A stretch of DNA of 46,815 bases from a virus. Its lineage: Duplodnaviria > Caudoviricetes. Positions 1-5,876 of this stretch are shown here, piece after piece. Where the stretch lies: positions 1-46,815 of IMG/VR virus record IMGVR_UViG_3300032312_000540, one strand, 5' to 3'. A program made the position numbers and the translations under genes. Position 1 is the first letter of the stretch. Every line of letters begins with the position of its first letter. The notes beneath the pieces are model-generated. The model was not told where the DNA came from, ran no database searches, and saw only the letters and a program-made list of their open reading frames with translations.

Positions 1-145
1 AAATTTCTACCAAATACGCTTCCGTATTTTCTCCATACCAAATTGGTTGATTAGATTTCTCTGCTGAGATAATTTCTCCAGAGATAGAATTACTGCGGTA
101 GTTTTGTCCTACCAGTAATTGAGGGATTGTAAATAAGTTAGCCAT
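1..145 (-). CDS. small hypothetical early protein, 3' truncated by the window edge (MANLFTIPQLLVGQNYRSNSISGEIISAEKS...)
   Basis: Manual translation: ATG at 145-143, AGAAAGGAAG SD-like sequence upstream, open to the window edge, own promoter at 183-211. Confidence 0.75.
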   Translation of the reverse strand, partial: MANLFTIPQLLVGQNYRSNSISGEIISAEKSNQPIWYGENTEAYLVEI

Positions 146-182
146 AATTAGCCACTTCCTTTCTTTATTTTCTTACTCCGTA

Positions 183-211
183 AGTCTATCAGAATTAGCA
201 GAGATTTACAA
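183..211 (-). promoter_or_regulatory. sigma-70/SigA-type promoter TTGTAA-N17-TAGACT with extended TGn
   Basis: The reverse complement reads TTGTAA ATCTCTGCTAATTCTGA TAGACT, upstream of the ORF starting at 145. Confidence 0.6.
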
Positions 212-252
212 CTTACCAGCCAGTAATTCCAAATAATGAGACGCTCAGATCG

Positions 253-268
253 TGTGAGAAAAATCACA
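253..268. promoter_or_regulatory. CRP/GlxR-type palindrome TGTGA-N6-TCACA
   Basis: TGTGA GAAAAA TCACA matches the CRP-family core consensus perfectly. Confidence 0.6.
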
Positions 269-279
269 TCGTACGTAAG

Positions 280-288
280 TTATCCACA
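280..288 (+). promoter_or_regulatory. DnaA box TTATCCACA
   Basis: Perfect 9-mer consensus, followed by an inverted degenerate copy TGTGGACGA at 292-300. Confidence 0.6.
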
Positions 289-323
289 GGCTGTGGACGA
301 CACGCCACGGGAGCCTGGGTTTT

Positions 324-449
324 TTATTGCAATTTATTTTTATGTTTTATTTTTCTAGAATATTTTTTTTTATTTGGAATTGCAGTCGCAGCATTACTAC
401 GACGCAACTCTTGAATGCGAATAATTTTATTTTTTATTTCTTTTAACAT
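324..449 (-). CDS. 41-aa highly basic microprotein (MLKEIKNKIIRIQELRRSNAATAIPNKKKYSRKIKHKNKLQ)
   Basis: Manual translation; third gene of a tightly packed minus-strand operon (723-550, 549-454, 449-324). Confidence 0.7.
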   Translation of the reverse strand: MLKEIKNKIIRIQELRRSNAATAIPNKKKYSRKIKHKNKLQ

Positions 450-453
450 TTTA

Positions 454-549
454 TTATTCCCAACAATTAGAGCAAGTAATTATATCTTGCTCATCAAATA
501 AATTGCTAGAAACTTTTTCATCGCATAAGCGGCAATTAAGAGTTATCAT
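454..549 (-). CDS. 31-aa CxxC...CxxC zinc-finger microprotein (MITLNCRLCDEKVSSNLFDEQDIITCSNCWE)
   Basis: Manual translation; ATG abuts the stop of the upstream ORF; two CxxC motifs. Confidence 0.7.
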   Translation of the reverse strand: MITLNCRLCDEKVSSNLFDEQDIITCSNCWE

Positions 550-723
550 TTACTTACCAACTTTCCAAGAAGTCCAATAAGACATGAAGTCATTATCCTC
601 ACGATAGTGAGAAGTTATATTCTGCTCACAATTCTCGCAGAAGGTAAATCTTTCGTCATTGACGATAGAGATAGCATTTTTATTAGGTGTATGCTTACAC
701 ACTTTATTTATAACTGAATTCAT
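550..723 (-). CDS. 57-aa CxH...CxxC putative zinc-ribbon protein (MNSVINKVCKHTPNK...FCENCEQ...)
   Basis: Manual translation; AGAAAGGAA SD; promoter at 775-796. Confidence 0.75.
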   Translation of the reverse strand: MNSVINKVCKHTPNKNAISIVNDERFTFCENCEQNITSHYREDNDFMSYWTSWKVGK

Positions 724-774
724 TTGAATTCCTTTCTAAGTTTGAGAACCTTTCTCAACTTTCTTTATACTAGA

Positions 775-796
775 AGTATAACACCTACCACTGACA
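775..796 (-). promoter_or_regulatory. promoter TGTCAG-N7-TGT-TATACT
   Basis: The reverse complement reads TGTCAG TGGTAGG TGT TATACT; same architecture as 1138-1159 on the + strand. Confidence 0.55.
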
Positions 797-836
797 TTTA
801 CTGACCAGTAAGTAGGACAAAACGGACATTGTGTCT

Positions 837-900
837 TGTGATGTAGGTCATGTGGATAACTCACGCTCAATTCCTAGTGTGATGTGCGTCATGTGGATAA
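837..900. repeat. 23-bp direct repeat TGTGATGT(AG/GC)GTCATGTGGATAA (837-859, 878-900); each copy is a CRP-like site overlapping a perfect DnaA box
   Basis: Two copies differing at 2 positions; TGTGGATAA at 851-859 and 892-900. Confidence 0.8.
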
Positions 901-997
901 GTGATCACGAGGTCGGGCGTGTCGAAACCCTGGGTCATGTCCGATATGTCCGAATTGTTGTGTGGTGTATATCACTAATTACATGCGTGTTATTAAC

Positions 998-1037
998 GGC
1001 GTGTCGTGTTGACTTTTGGGCTTATTCCTGCTATAAT
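998..1037 (+). promoter_or_regulatory. strong SigA-type promoter TTGACT-N17-TATAAT with TGn and an upstream GGCGTGTC (WhiA-type GACAC box)
   Basis: -35 at 1009-1014, -10 at 1032-1037, GTGTC at 1001-1005. Confidence 0.75.
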
Positions 1038-1093
1038 TCCATTATAGAAAATTAAATATAGAATTATTTAGGGGCGTGAGCCTAGCAAGTAAA

Positions 1094-1109
1094 TGTGAGA
1101 CAAATCACA
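1094..1109. promoter_or_regulatory. CRP/GlxR-type palindrome TGTGA-N6-TCACA
   Basis: TGTGA GACAAA TCACA is a perfect core, flanked by the direct repeat GTGAGCCTAGCAA. Confidence 0.6.
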
Positions 1110-1137
1110 GTGAGCCTAGCAAATAACCCCCCTAAAT

Positions 1138-1159
1138 TGTCAGACCCCCCTGCTAGAAT
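1138..1159 (+). promoter_or_regulatory. promoter TGTCAG-N7-TGC-TAGAAT
   Basis: TGTCAG ACCCCCC TGC TAGAAT upstream of the ORF at 1201, which has a GAAAGGAG SD. Confidence 0.55.
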
Positions 1160-1200
1160 TGCAGGTATAGAAAGAAAGTCTCTTGAAAGGAGAACTATAA

Positions 1201-1353
1201 ATGATAAAGAATAACCCTAACAATAACATTATTGCGGATATTAGAAAAGCCCAACAGGCTCGCTATGACCGAGAGGATCAGAGTATCCTTGAAGCGTTAA
1301 ATCAGGCTAACGCCTATCTTTCTGCTCAATACAATTTAGAGGAGAATAACTAA
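1201..1353 (+). CDS. 50-aa hypothetical protein (MIKNNPNNNIIADIRKAQQARYDRED...)
   Basis: Manual translation; strong GAAAGGAG SD. Confidence 0.75.
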   Translation: MIKNNPNNNIIADIRKAQQARYDREDQSILEALNQANAYLSAQYNLEENN

Positions 1354-1506
1354 ATGAATTTAGAACTATTATTAGATAGCGAATACTTTTCGCTGTATAT
1401 CGATGGCCTATGGCCTAGCGGAGTAGGTATTGATATCCCTACATGGTTATTGCTAGGCACTACATTGTTTATTTATTCTATTAGATTAATTAAAAGAGAT
1501 AGATAA
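1354..1506 (+). CDS. 50-aa small membrane protein
   Basis: Manual translation; GAGGAG SD; C-terminal hydrophobic stretch IPTWLLLGTTLFIYSI followed by basic residues. Confidence 0.7.
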   Translation: MNLELLLDSEYFSLYIDGLWPSGVGIDIPTWLLLGTTLFIYSIRLIKRDR

Positions 1507-1519
1507 ATAGCAGGCTAAG

Positions 1520-1555
1520 GCACACTATCCCCAGTAGTGTGCTCACTATTTTTTT
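1520..1555 (+). terminator. probable intrinsic terminator with two overlapping alternative hairpins
   Basis: GCACACTA/TAGTGTGC stem (1520-1542) or AGTAGTG/CACTATT stem (1533-1550), followed by a T run. Confidence 0.5.
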
Positions 1556-1655
1556 ACATTTTATTTTTTTTAAACATGTATCATACATCTAAGAAAAATA
1601 TTCAGATTTTCTCAAAATAAAAATTTTTTCAGATTTGGCAGGGTATAATAAAAGG

Positions 1656-1814
1656 ATGTGCCAACACGTCTATACATACACAGGTCCTGGCCTATGCGGA
1701 TATTGTGGTTTGACAACCCATGATACTGACTGGCCTAAGACAAACAAACTATACGCAGAGTACAAGGAAAAAGTCGGGTACTTCTATAATTCGACAACCT
1801 GGTGGTCTATATGA
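1656..1814 (+). CDS. 52-aa CxH...CxxC...H microprotein (MCQHVYTYTGPGLCGYCGLTTHDTDW...)
   Basis: Manual translation; TATAAT at 1644-1649, 6 nt before the ATG. Confidence 0.65.
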   Translation: MCQHVYTYTGPGLCGYCGLTTHDTDWPKTNKLYAEYKEKVGYFYNSTTWWSI

Positions 1815-1826
1815 TAGAATATATAG

Positions 1827-1967
1827 ATGCATTTACTAGGACTAGAAATTCGAAAAGATCGTAGAGAAAAAGAATACTCTATGAAGAACTGCTTTGGCTG
1901 TGGTAAAACACTCTGGGTAGCCAAGGTAAACGTCAGGGTATATAACTATTGCGGTAGTTGTAAATAA
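1827..1967 (+). CDS. 46-aa CxxC...CxxC zinc-finger microprotein
   Basis: Manual translation (…KNCFGCGK…NYCGSCK); TGATAGAAT at 1812-1820, 6 nt before the ATG. Confidence 0.65.
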   Translation: MHLLGLEIRKDRREKEYSMKNCFGCGKTLWVAKVNVRVYNYCGSCK

Positions 1968-2119
1968 TGCCATTCTTAGAAAACCTTGAAGCCTCTTTAG
2001 CAGATGACGACGGTATGCCAAGTAAAAAAGTTACCAATGCTATTAAAGAAATGCTTGAAGATCCAGAACACCATAAGTTAATGGAACGTCTAAAATACAT
2101 GGAGGAAAATGGAATTTAA
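1967..2119 (+). CDS. 50-aa hypothetical protein (MPFLENLEASLADDDGMPSKK...)
   Basis: Manual translation; TAATG overlap with the upstream stop. Confidence 0.6.
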   Translation: MPFLENLEASLADDDGMPSKKVTNAIKEMLEDPEHHKLMERLKYMEENGI

Positions 2120-2276
2120 GATTGCTAAATTAAAAGATGGTGTATCTATCATTTCAGATAATGGTTTGAAAGTAAAGTGTTACTTCTGTAATCAAATTAG
2201 CAAATACACACAACCACACGAATACCAAATAATTGATGTTTGTGAAAAACATTTTAGTATGGCTGCATCATCATGA
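2109..2276 (+). CDS. 55-aa CxxC...CxxH microprotein
   Basis: Manual translation (…KCYFCNQ…DVCEKHF…); GGAGG immediately upstream. Confidence 0.65.
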   Translation: MEFKIAKLKDGVSIISDNGLKVKCYFCNQISKYTQPHEYQIIDVCEKHFSMAASS

Positions 2277-2437
2277 CCCAATATAAGGTTTTTGATGAAG
2301 CAATAATTTTGACGGTAAAGACAAAGAGACCTGAAAAGTGGCTATTAGTAGATAGAGAAACTGGACAAGTGTATCAGGGAAATCCCAAAGGACACTGGGA
2401 CATACTCAAACCATATATAAAAGAAGATAAAAAATGA
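2273..2437 (+). CDS. 54-aa hypothetical protein (MTQYKVFDEAIILTVKTKRPEKWLLVDRETGQVYQG...)
   Basis: Manual translation; ATGA overlap. Confidence 0.65.
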   Translation: MTQYKVFDEAIILTVKTKRPEKWLLVDRETGQVYQGNPKGHWDILKPYIKEDKK

Positions 2438-2529
2438 TAACAGCATTAATTTGTTCTGGTTTGCTAATATCCGCACTTCTGGTTTTTGCAAGACGGCAAC
2501 GCAAAAGTTCTTTAAAGTGGAATAAATAA
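2434..2529 (+). CDS. 31-aa single-pass membrane peptide (MITALICSGLLISALLVFARRQRKSSLKWNK)
   Basis: Manual translation; ATGA overlap; hydrophobic N-terminus and basic tail. Confidence 0.55.
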   Translation: MITALICSGLLISALLVFARRQRKSSLKWNK

Positions 2530-2551
2530 AAAAGTGTAGTATAATATACTT

Positions 2552-2650
2552 ATGAGCGAAATTGAAACCCCTGCTGCCCCTGGACAATGTTGCAATAAGT
2601 GCATCTGTACAGAGCCACATTCATCTGTTCCACCAGTTGAACTTGAATAA
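2552..2650 (+). CDS. 32-aa Cys-rich peptide (MSEIETPAAPGQCCNKCICTEPHSSVPPVELE)
   Basis: Manual translation; TATAAT at 2540-2545, 6 nt before the ATG. Confidence 0.6.
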   Translation: MSEIETPAAPGQCCNKCICTEPHSSVPPVELE

Positions 2651-2655
2651 TTAAA

Positions 2656-2841
2656 TTACTTAATTATCTCTTTTTCAACTAACTTACTATAAATATTATT
2701 CATCATGTAGTTGATGGTCTGCGTGCTTTTTGCGATAGAATCTTCTACTTCAGCCTCAGCCATACCATTTTGCTTACAAATCTCACGGTTGTCATTTTGT
2801 ACTGACTCAACCATTAATGTTACGATTTCTTCTCTGTTCAT
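2656..2841 (-). CDS. 61-aa hypothetical helical protein
   Basis: ORF track; GGGGGGT SD-like sequence; promoter TTGCAA-N17-TACAAT at 2896-2868. Confidence 0.75.
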   Translation of the reverse strand: MNREEIVTLMVESVQNDNREICKQNGMAEAEVEDSIAKSTQTINYMMNNIYSKLVEKEIIK

Positions 2842-3126
2842 TTCAACCCCCCAAGTTGTTTTAATTAATTGTATCAGAAAACCTTATAACTTGCAACTTT
2901 TATCTGTACTTTTTACAAACCTTTATAACTCTATATGTACAAGTTAAAATAATAACAAACCATAAAATTTCCATATCCCATTATAGCCTATATCGATCTA
3001 TAACACATACTTATTCCATAGCGTATGCGTAGCATACGTATTAGGAGATATGAGGTTTGTTATCTCATTTTCGGCTTTTGCTTTATTCCCGCCAAAATTT
3101 AAATAAATAATGTTATAATTGGATTC

Positions 3127-3351
3127 ATGACAACTGAAGACTGGGCACAATTAATTTTAACTATATTGTCTATATTTACAATTGTTGGCGTTGGCGTAAG
3201 ATGGGTTATTAAAAATTACGTTAAAGATATTCTCGCCGAAATGAGGCCCAACGGAGGCTCCTCGATCAAGGACCAAATTACAGGATTAGAAATAAAGAGT
3301 GAAAAAATTTTTGACTTAATGATCGAACATTTAAAAGATCATTCTAAGTAA
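3127..3351 (+). CDS. small membrane protein (single N-terminal TM, PNGGSS motif)
   Basis: Hydrophobic LILTILSIFTIVGVGVRWVI; the RPNGGSSIKD motif resembles small membrane proteins of actinophages; TGTTATAAT at 3111-3119. Confidence 0.75.
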   Translation: MTTEDWAQLILTILSIFTIVGVGVRWVIKNYVKDILAEMRPNGGSSIKDQITGLEIKSEKIFDLMIEHLKDHSK

Positions 3352-3466
3352 CTCTATATATTATATATAAAAGATATTTTAAAAACTTATTTACAGTATA
3401 TTCTTTTCTTTATATTTTTAAGTATACACCATAACTTCTGGATTTTTTGAACTTTACCGACAAATT

Positions 3467-3499
3467 TTATAACAACTTTATAACAACTTCATAACAATT
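3467..3499. repeat. three tandem 11-bp repeats TTATAACAACT in a very AT-rich intergenic region
   Basis: TTATAACAACT TTATAACAACT TCATAACAATT. Confidence 0.8.
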
Positions 3500-3572
3500 T
3501 AGATATATCTGGATTATAACTTTTTGTTACAAATACGCATATTTGATAATATAAATAATGTTATAATTAAAG

Positions 3573-3629
3573 TGCTAGCACCTAGGTTGCTCCCACCCCC
3601 CCACAGCGCCTAGGTGTTTAGCATATTTT
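3573..3629 (+). ncRNA. candidate ~50-nt hairpin sRNA with a C-rich loop
   Basis: TGTTATAAT at 3559-3567; long stem GCACCTAGGTTGCT/AGCGCCTAGGTGT; loop CCCACCCCCCCAC; followed by TATTTT. Confidence 0.45.
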
Positions 3630-3647
3630 ATGGTATAATCAAATATT

Positions 3648-4049
3648 ATGTGCGTATCTACTATTGAAAAACATGGCGCCAGCCCAGCAAACGTTCAATG
3701 GACAGTAGTCCGTGGTGATAGCGCAACCCTTAAAGTAGAATTTTTTGAAGATGATGAAATCACACCATACGATACTTCAGACTGGACATACAAGGCTACA
3801 TCTTATGATTCCGATGGAGATTTTTTAGATCAACTTATTGTTACCGACGGTGATGGATATGTTGAAATTTTTGCTCCAGCAAATACGACTAAAGACTGGG
3901 GTGGTACCAGATACCGTTCAATTGTTGCTGAATTGCAATTTGATTTACAGGTGATAATTGAAGGTGGCAGCGGTCAAAATGCAGATACCGTATGGACTCC
4001 AGTAATTGGGACCATATGTGTACTAGGTGATATCAGTACAGGTCTATAA
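3648..4049 (+). CDS. virion structural adaptor, BppU-N/Ig-like
   Basis: VRGDSATLKV...FDLQV...V.TPVIGTICVLGDI pattern, paralogous to 4899 and 8850. Confidence 0.55.
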   Translation: MCVSTIEKHGASPANVQWTVVRGDSATLKVEFFEDDEITPYDTSDWTYKATSYDSDGDFLDQLIVTDGDGYVEIFAPANTTKDWGGTRYRSIVAELQFDLQVIIEGGSGQNADTVWTPVIGTICVLGDISTGL

Positions 4050-4135
4050 TGCCAATAGTAAAAATATCAGCAAAAAAAGATAACCTTCCACCAATTATTA
4101 AAATTGGTAAAAAAATATTTAAAGTAAAGAAATAA
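4049..4135 (+). CDS. 28-aa basic peptide (MPIVKISAKKDNLPPIIKIGKKIFKVKK)
   Basis: Manual translation; TAATG overlap; fills the gap to the next gene. Confidence 0.5.
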   Translation: MPIVKISAKKDNLPPIIKIGKKIFKVKK

Positions 4136-4142
4136 TTTTCCC

Positions 4143-4874
4143 ATGGCTAAAAGCATGGATTTTCCAGACGTTTCAAAAAAGAAAAAATATTCTGAAGCGG
4201 TACAAAGCACTCAAGAAGTTAATACACAATATATCGCTGTTCCTGGAATACAGGGTCAACAAGGTGATCAAGGTCCTAAAGGTGATAAAGGAGATCAAGG
4301 TCCCAAAGGAGAAAAGGGTGATAAAGGGGATCAAGGAAAACCAGGACCACAAGGTGAACGTGGAGAGCCAGGAAAAGGTGCTGAAGGATACGATAGCGCA
4401 TCTGGCCAATATCCAGGATGGGCATATTATAAAAATAAAAATTTAGGCGAAATTAGACTTGGTCCAGACAGAGGAGATGATGGATGGGTCTCTATTAATT
4501 TTGAAAAAAACGAAAAAGAAAGTAATGAAACCTATCTTCCACAAAATTCGACATCCCTATGGAATGATGTGGCAAAATCTTTTAATTTTAAAAGTTTAAA
4601 AGTAGGATCTAAAGTAGACATAAGATATGACTTTACTTTAACTACCTATATGAATAATACAGAGGTTTGGGCTAGAGTTTTTACACCAGAATATGAAAAA
4701 ATAAATACAGGGTATGTAGGAACCTTAAAATATCAATATTCATATGACATGTCTTATTCTCAAACCTTATATATAGATGCTCAAAGAATAAAAAGTTTAG
4801 GTGGTGCTATTCAATTTCGAGCAGACAATGAAAGTAATATAGTTTTAAATAACATTTATATTTCTATTTGTTAG
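4143..4874 (+). CDS. collagen triple-helix repeat protein
   Basis: About 15 consecutive G-X-Y triplets (GIQ GQQ GDQ GPK GDK...GEP), then a beta-rich C-terminal domain. Confidence 0.85.
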   Translation: MAKSMDFPDVSKKKKYSEAVQSTQEVNTQYIAVPGIQGQQGDQGPKGDKGDQGPKGEKGDKGDQGKPGPQGERGEPGKGAEGYDSASGQYPGWAYYKNKNLGEIRLGPDRGDDGWVSINFEKNEKESNETYLPQNSTSLWNDVAKSFNFKSLKVGSKVDIRYDFTLTTYMNNTEVWARVFTPEYEKINTGYVGTLKYQYSYDMSYSQTLYIDAQRIKSLGGAIQFRADNESNIVLNNIYISIC

Positions 4875-4898
4875 TGGTATAATGAGGTAGGAGGAATA

Positions 4899-5240
4899 AT
4901 GGCATTTCCAGGCAGTTATAGTTTTAATTATTATCGTGGCGATACCGCTCAATTTGTCGTTCGTCCTAAAACCGCAAATGGCGGAACATTTGATTTAACA
5001 GGTTATAGCGCTGCCTTTACAATTGCAAATCAGTCAGGTCCAAGCGGTACGCAAACTGCTGCCGTTACACTTGTCAATACAACAACAGATATTGTAACAT
5101 GCACGATTACTCCAGCAATTGGAAGAACACTTTCAGCAGGAACTTATGTCTATGACGTTCAAATTACAAATGGAACAGAAATTTATACACTACTGGCTGG
5201 TTCAATTACAGTAACCAATGACATTACTGGTGCGGTTTAA
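4899..5240 (+). CDS. virion structural adaptor, BppU-N/Ig-like
   Basis: RGDT...FDLTG...LSAGTYVYDVQI...LLAGSITVTNDIT; AGGAGG SD. Confidence 0.65.
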   Translation: MAFPGSYSFNYYRGDTAQFVVRPKTANGGTFDLTGYSAAFTIANQSGPSGTQTAAVTLVNTTTDIVTCTITPAIGRTLSAGTYVYDVQITNGTEIYTLLAGSITVTNDITGAV

Positions 5241-5839
5241 TGCCTGATGTTTTATTAAAAAATGATGACATTACAGTTCTTGGCCCCCCAGAAATTGTAG
5301 AATTATTAGTAGATGTTGGTGCTACTGGAACTCGTGGTAGCCAAGTATTTGTTGGAGTAGGCAATCCCAACATTATTGAAATTGGACAAACCCCATTATT
5401 AAATGATTTATATATTAACGTTTCTCCAGGTGCAGACTATGGATATTTATACCAGTACGTTTCACAACCTGGAGGAAATCTTTGGATTGAGGTTTTAGAG
5501 TTAAACCCAACAATTTATTCAGTTAATTACGTAACTACTTACACTAATGGAATTGCACAAATTGTAATTCCAATTTCAAATATTATTACATCTACTGCAA
5601 CACCATTGAGCGCTAACAATTTTAGTGTTCAGTTTAGCATTGTTAATGACAATCCAGTTGCAGCCTCTATGAGCATACCCGCAATTATTCAAGACAGTGA
5701 TAATTTAGTTATAAACTTTAAAGCAGTTGAGCACAGAACAAATATAGATTCTGGGCCGTATGGAGATTGGGCAGTTTTAGAGGGAGAAGTGACAACACAT
5801 CTACTTATAACAATTATAGCAGTGGATGAGGAGTCTTAG
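5240..5839 (+). CDS. hypothetical structural protein
   Basis: ORF track; coupled to 4899; G.RGS..F.G.G.P.....DLYIN motif typical of fibre-associated proteins. Confidence 0.6.
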   Translation: MPDVLLKNDDITVLGPPEIVELLVDVGATGTRGSQVFVGVGNPNIIEIGQTPLLNDLYINVSPGADYGYLYQYVSQPGGNLWIEVLELNPTIYSVNYVTTYTNGIAQIVIPISNIITSTATPLSANNFSVQFSIVNDNPVAASMSIPAIIQDSDNLVINFKAVEHRTNIDSGPYGDWAVLEGEVTTHLLITIIAVDEES

Positions 5840-5876
5840 TCTATATCTTTATGATATAATTCTAATGAGGTGATAT

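Noticed and set aside
831-1055. 74-aa ORF in the track
   Set aside because: It runs through the operator/promoter array (DnaA, CRP and GACAC boxes, -35/-10), has a GTG start without SD and an atypical composition; the region is better explained as non-coding.
837-1126. Short direct repeats as a possible mini-CRISPR array
   Set aside because: Only two copies of each repeat, spacers of about 17-18 bp, and no cas genes; the repeats match transcription-factor motifs.
2345-2947. Track ORFs 2345-2620 (-) and 2711-2947 (+)
   Set aside because: They overlap better-supported coupled micro-ORFs on the + strand and the 2656-2841 gene on the - strand.
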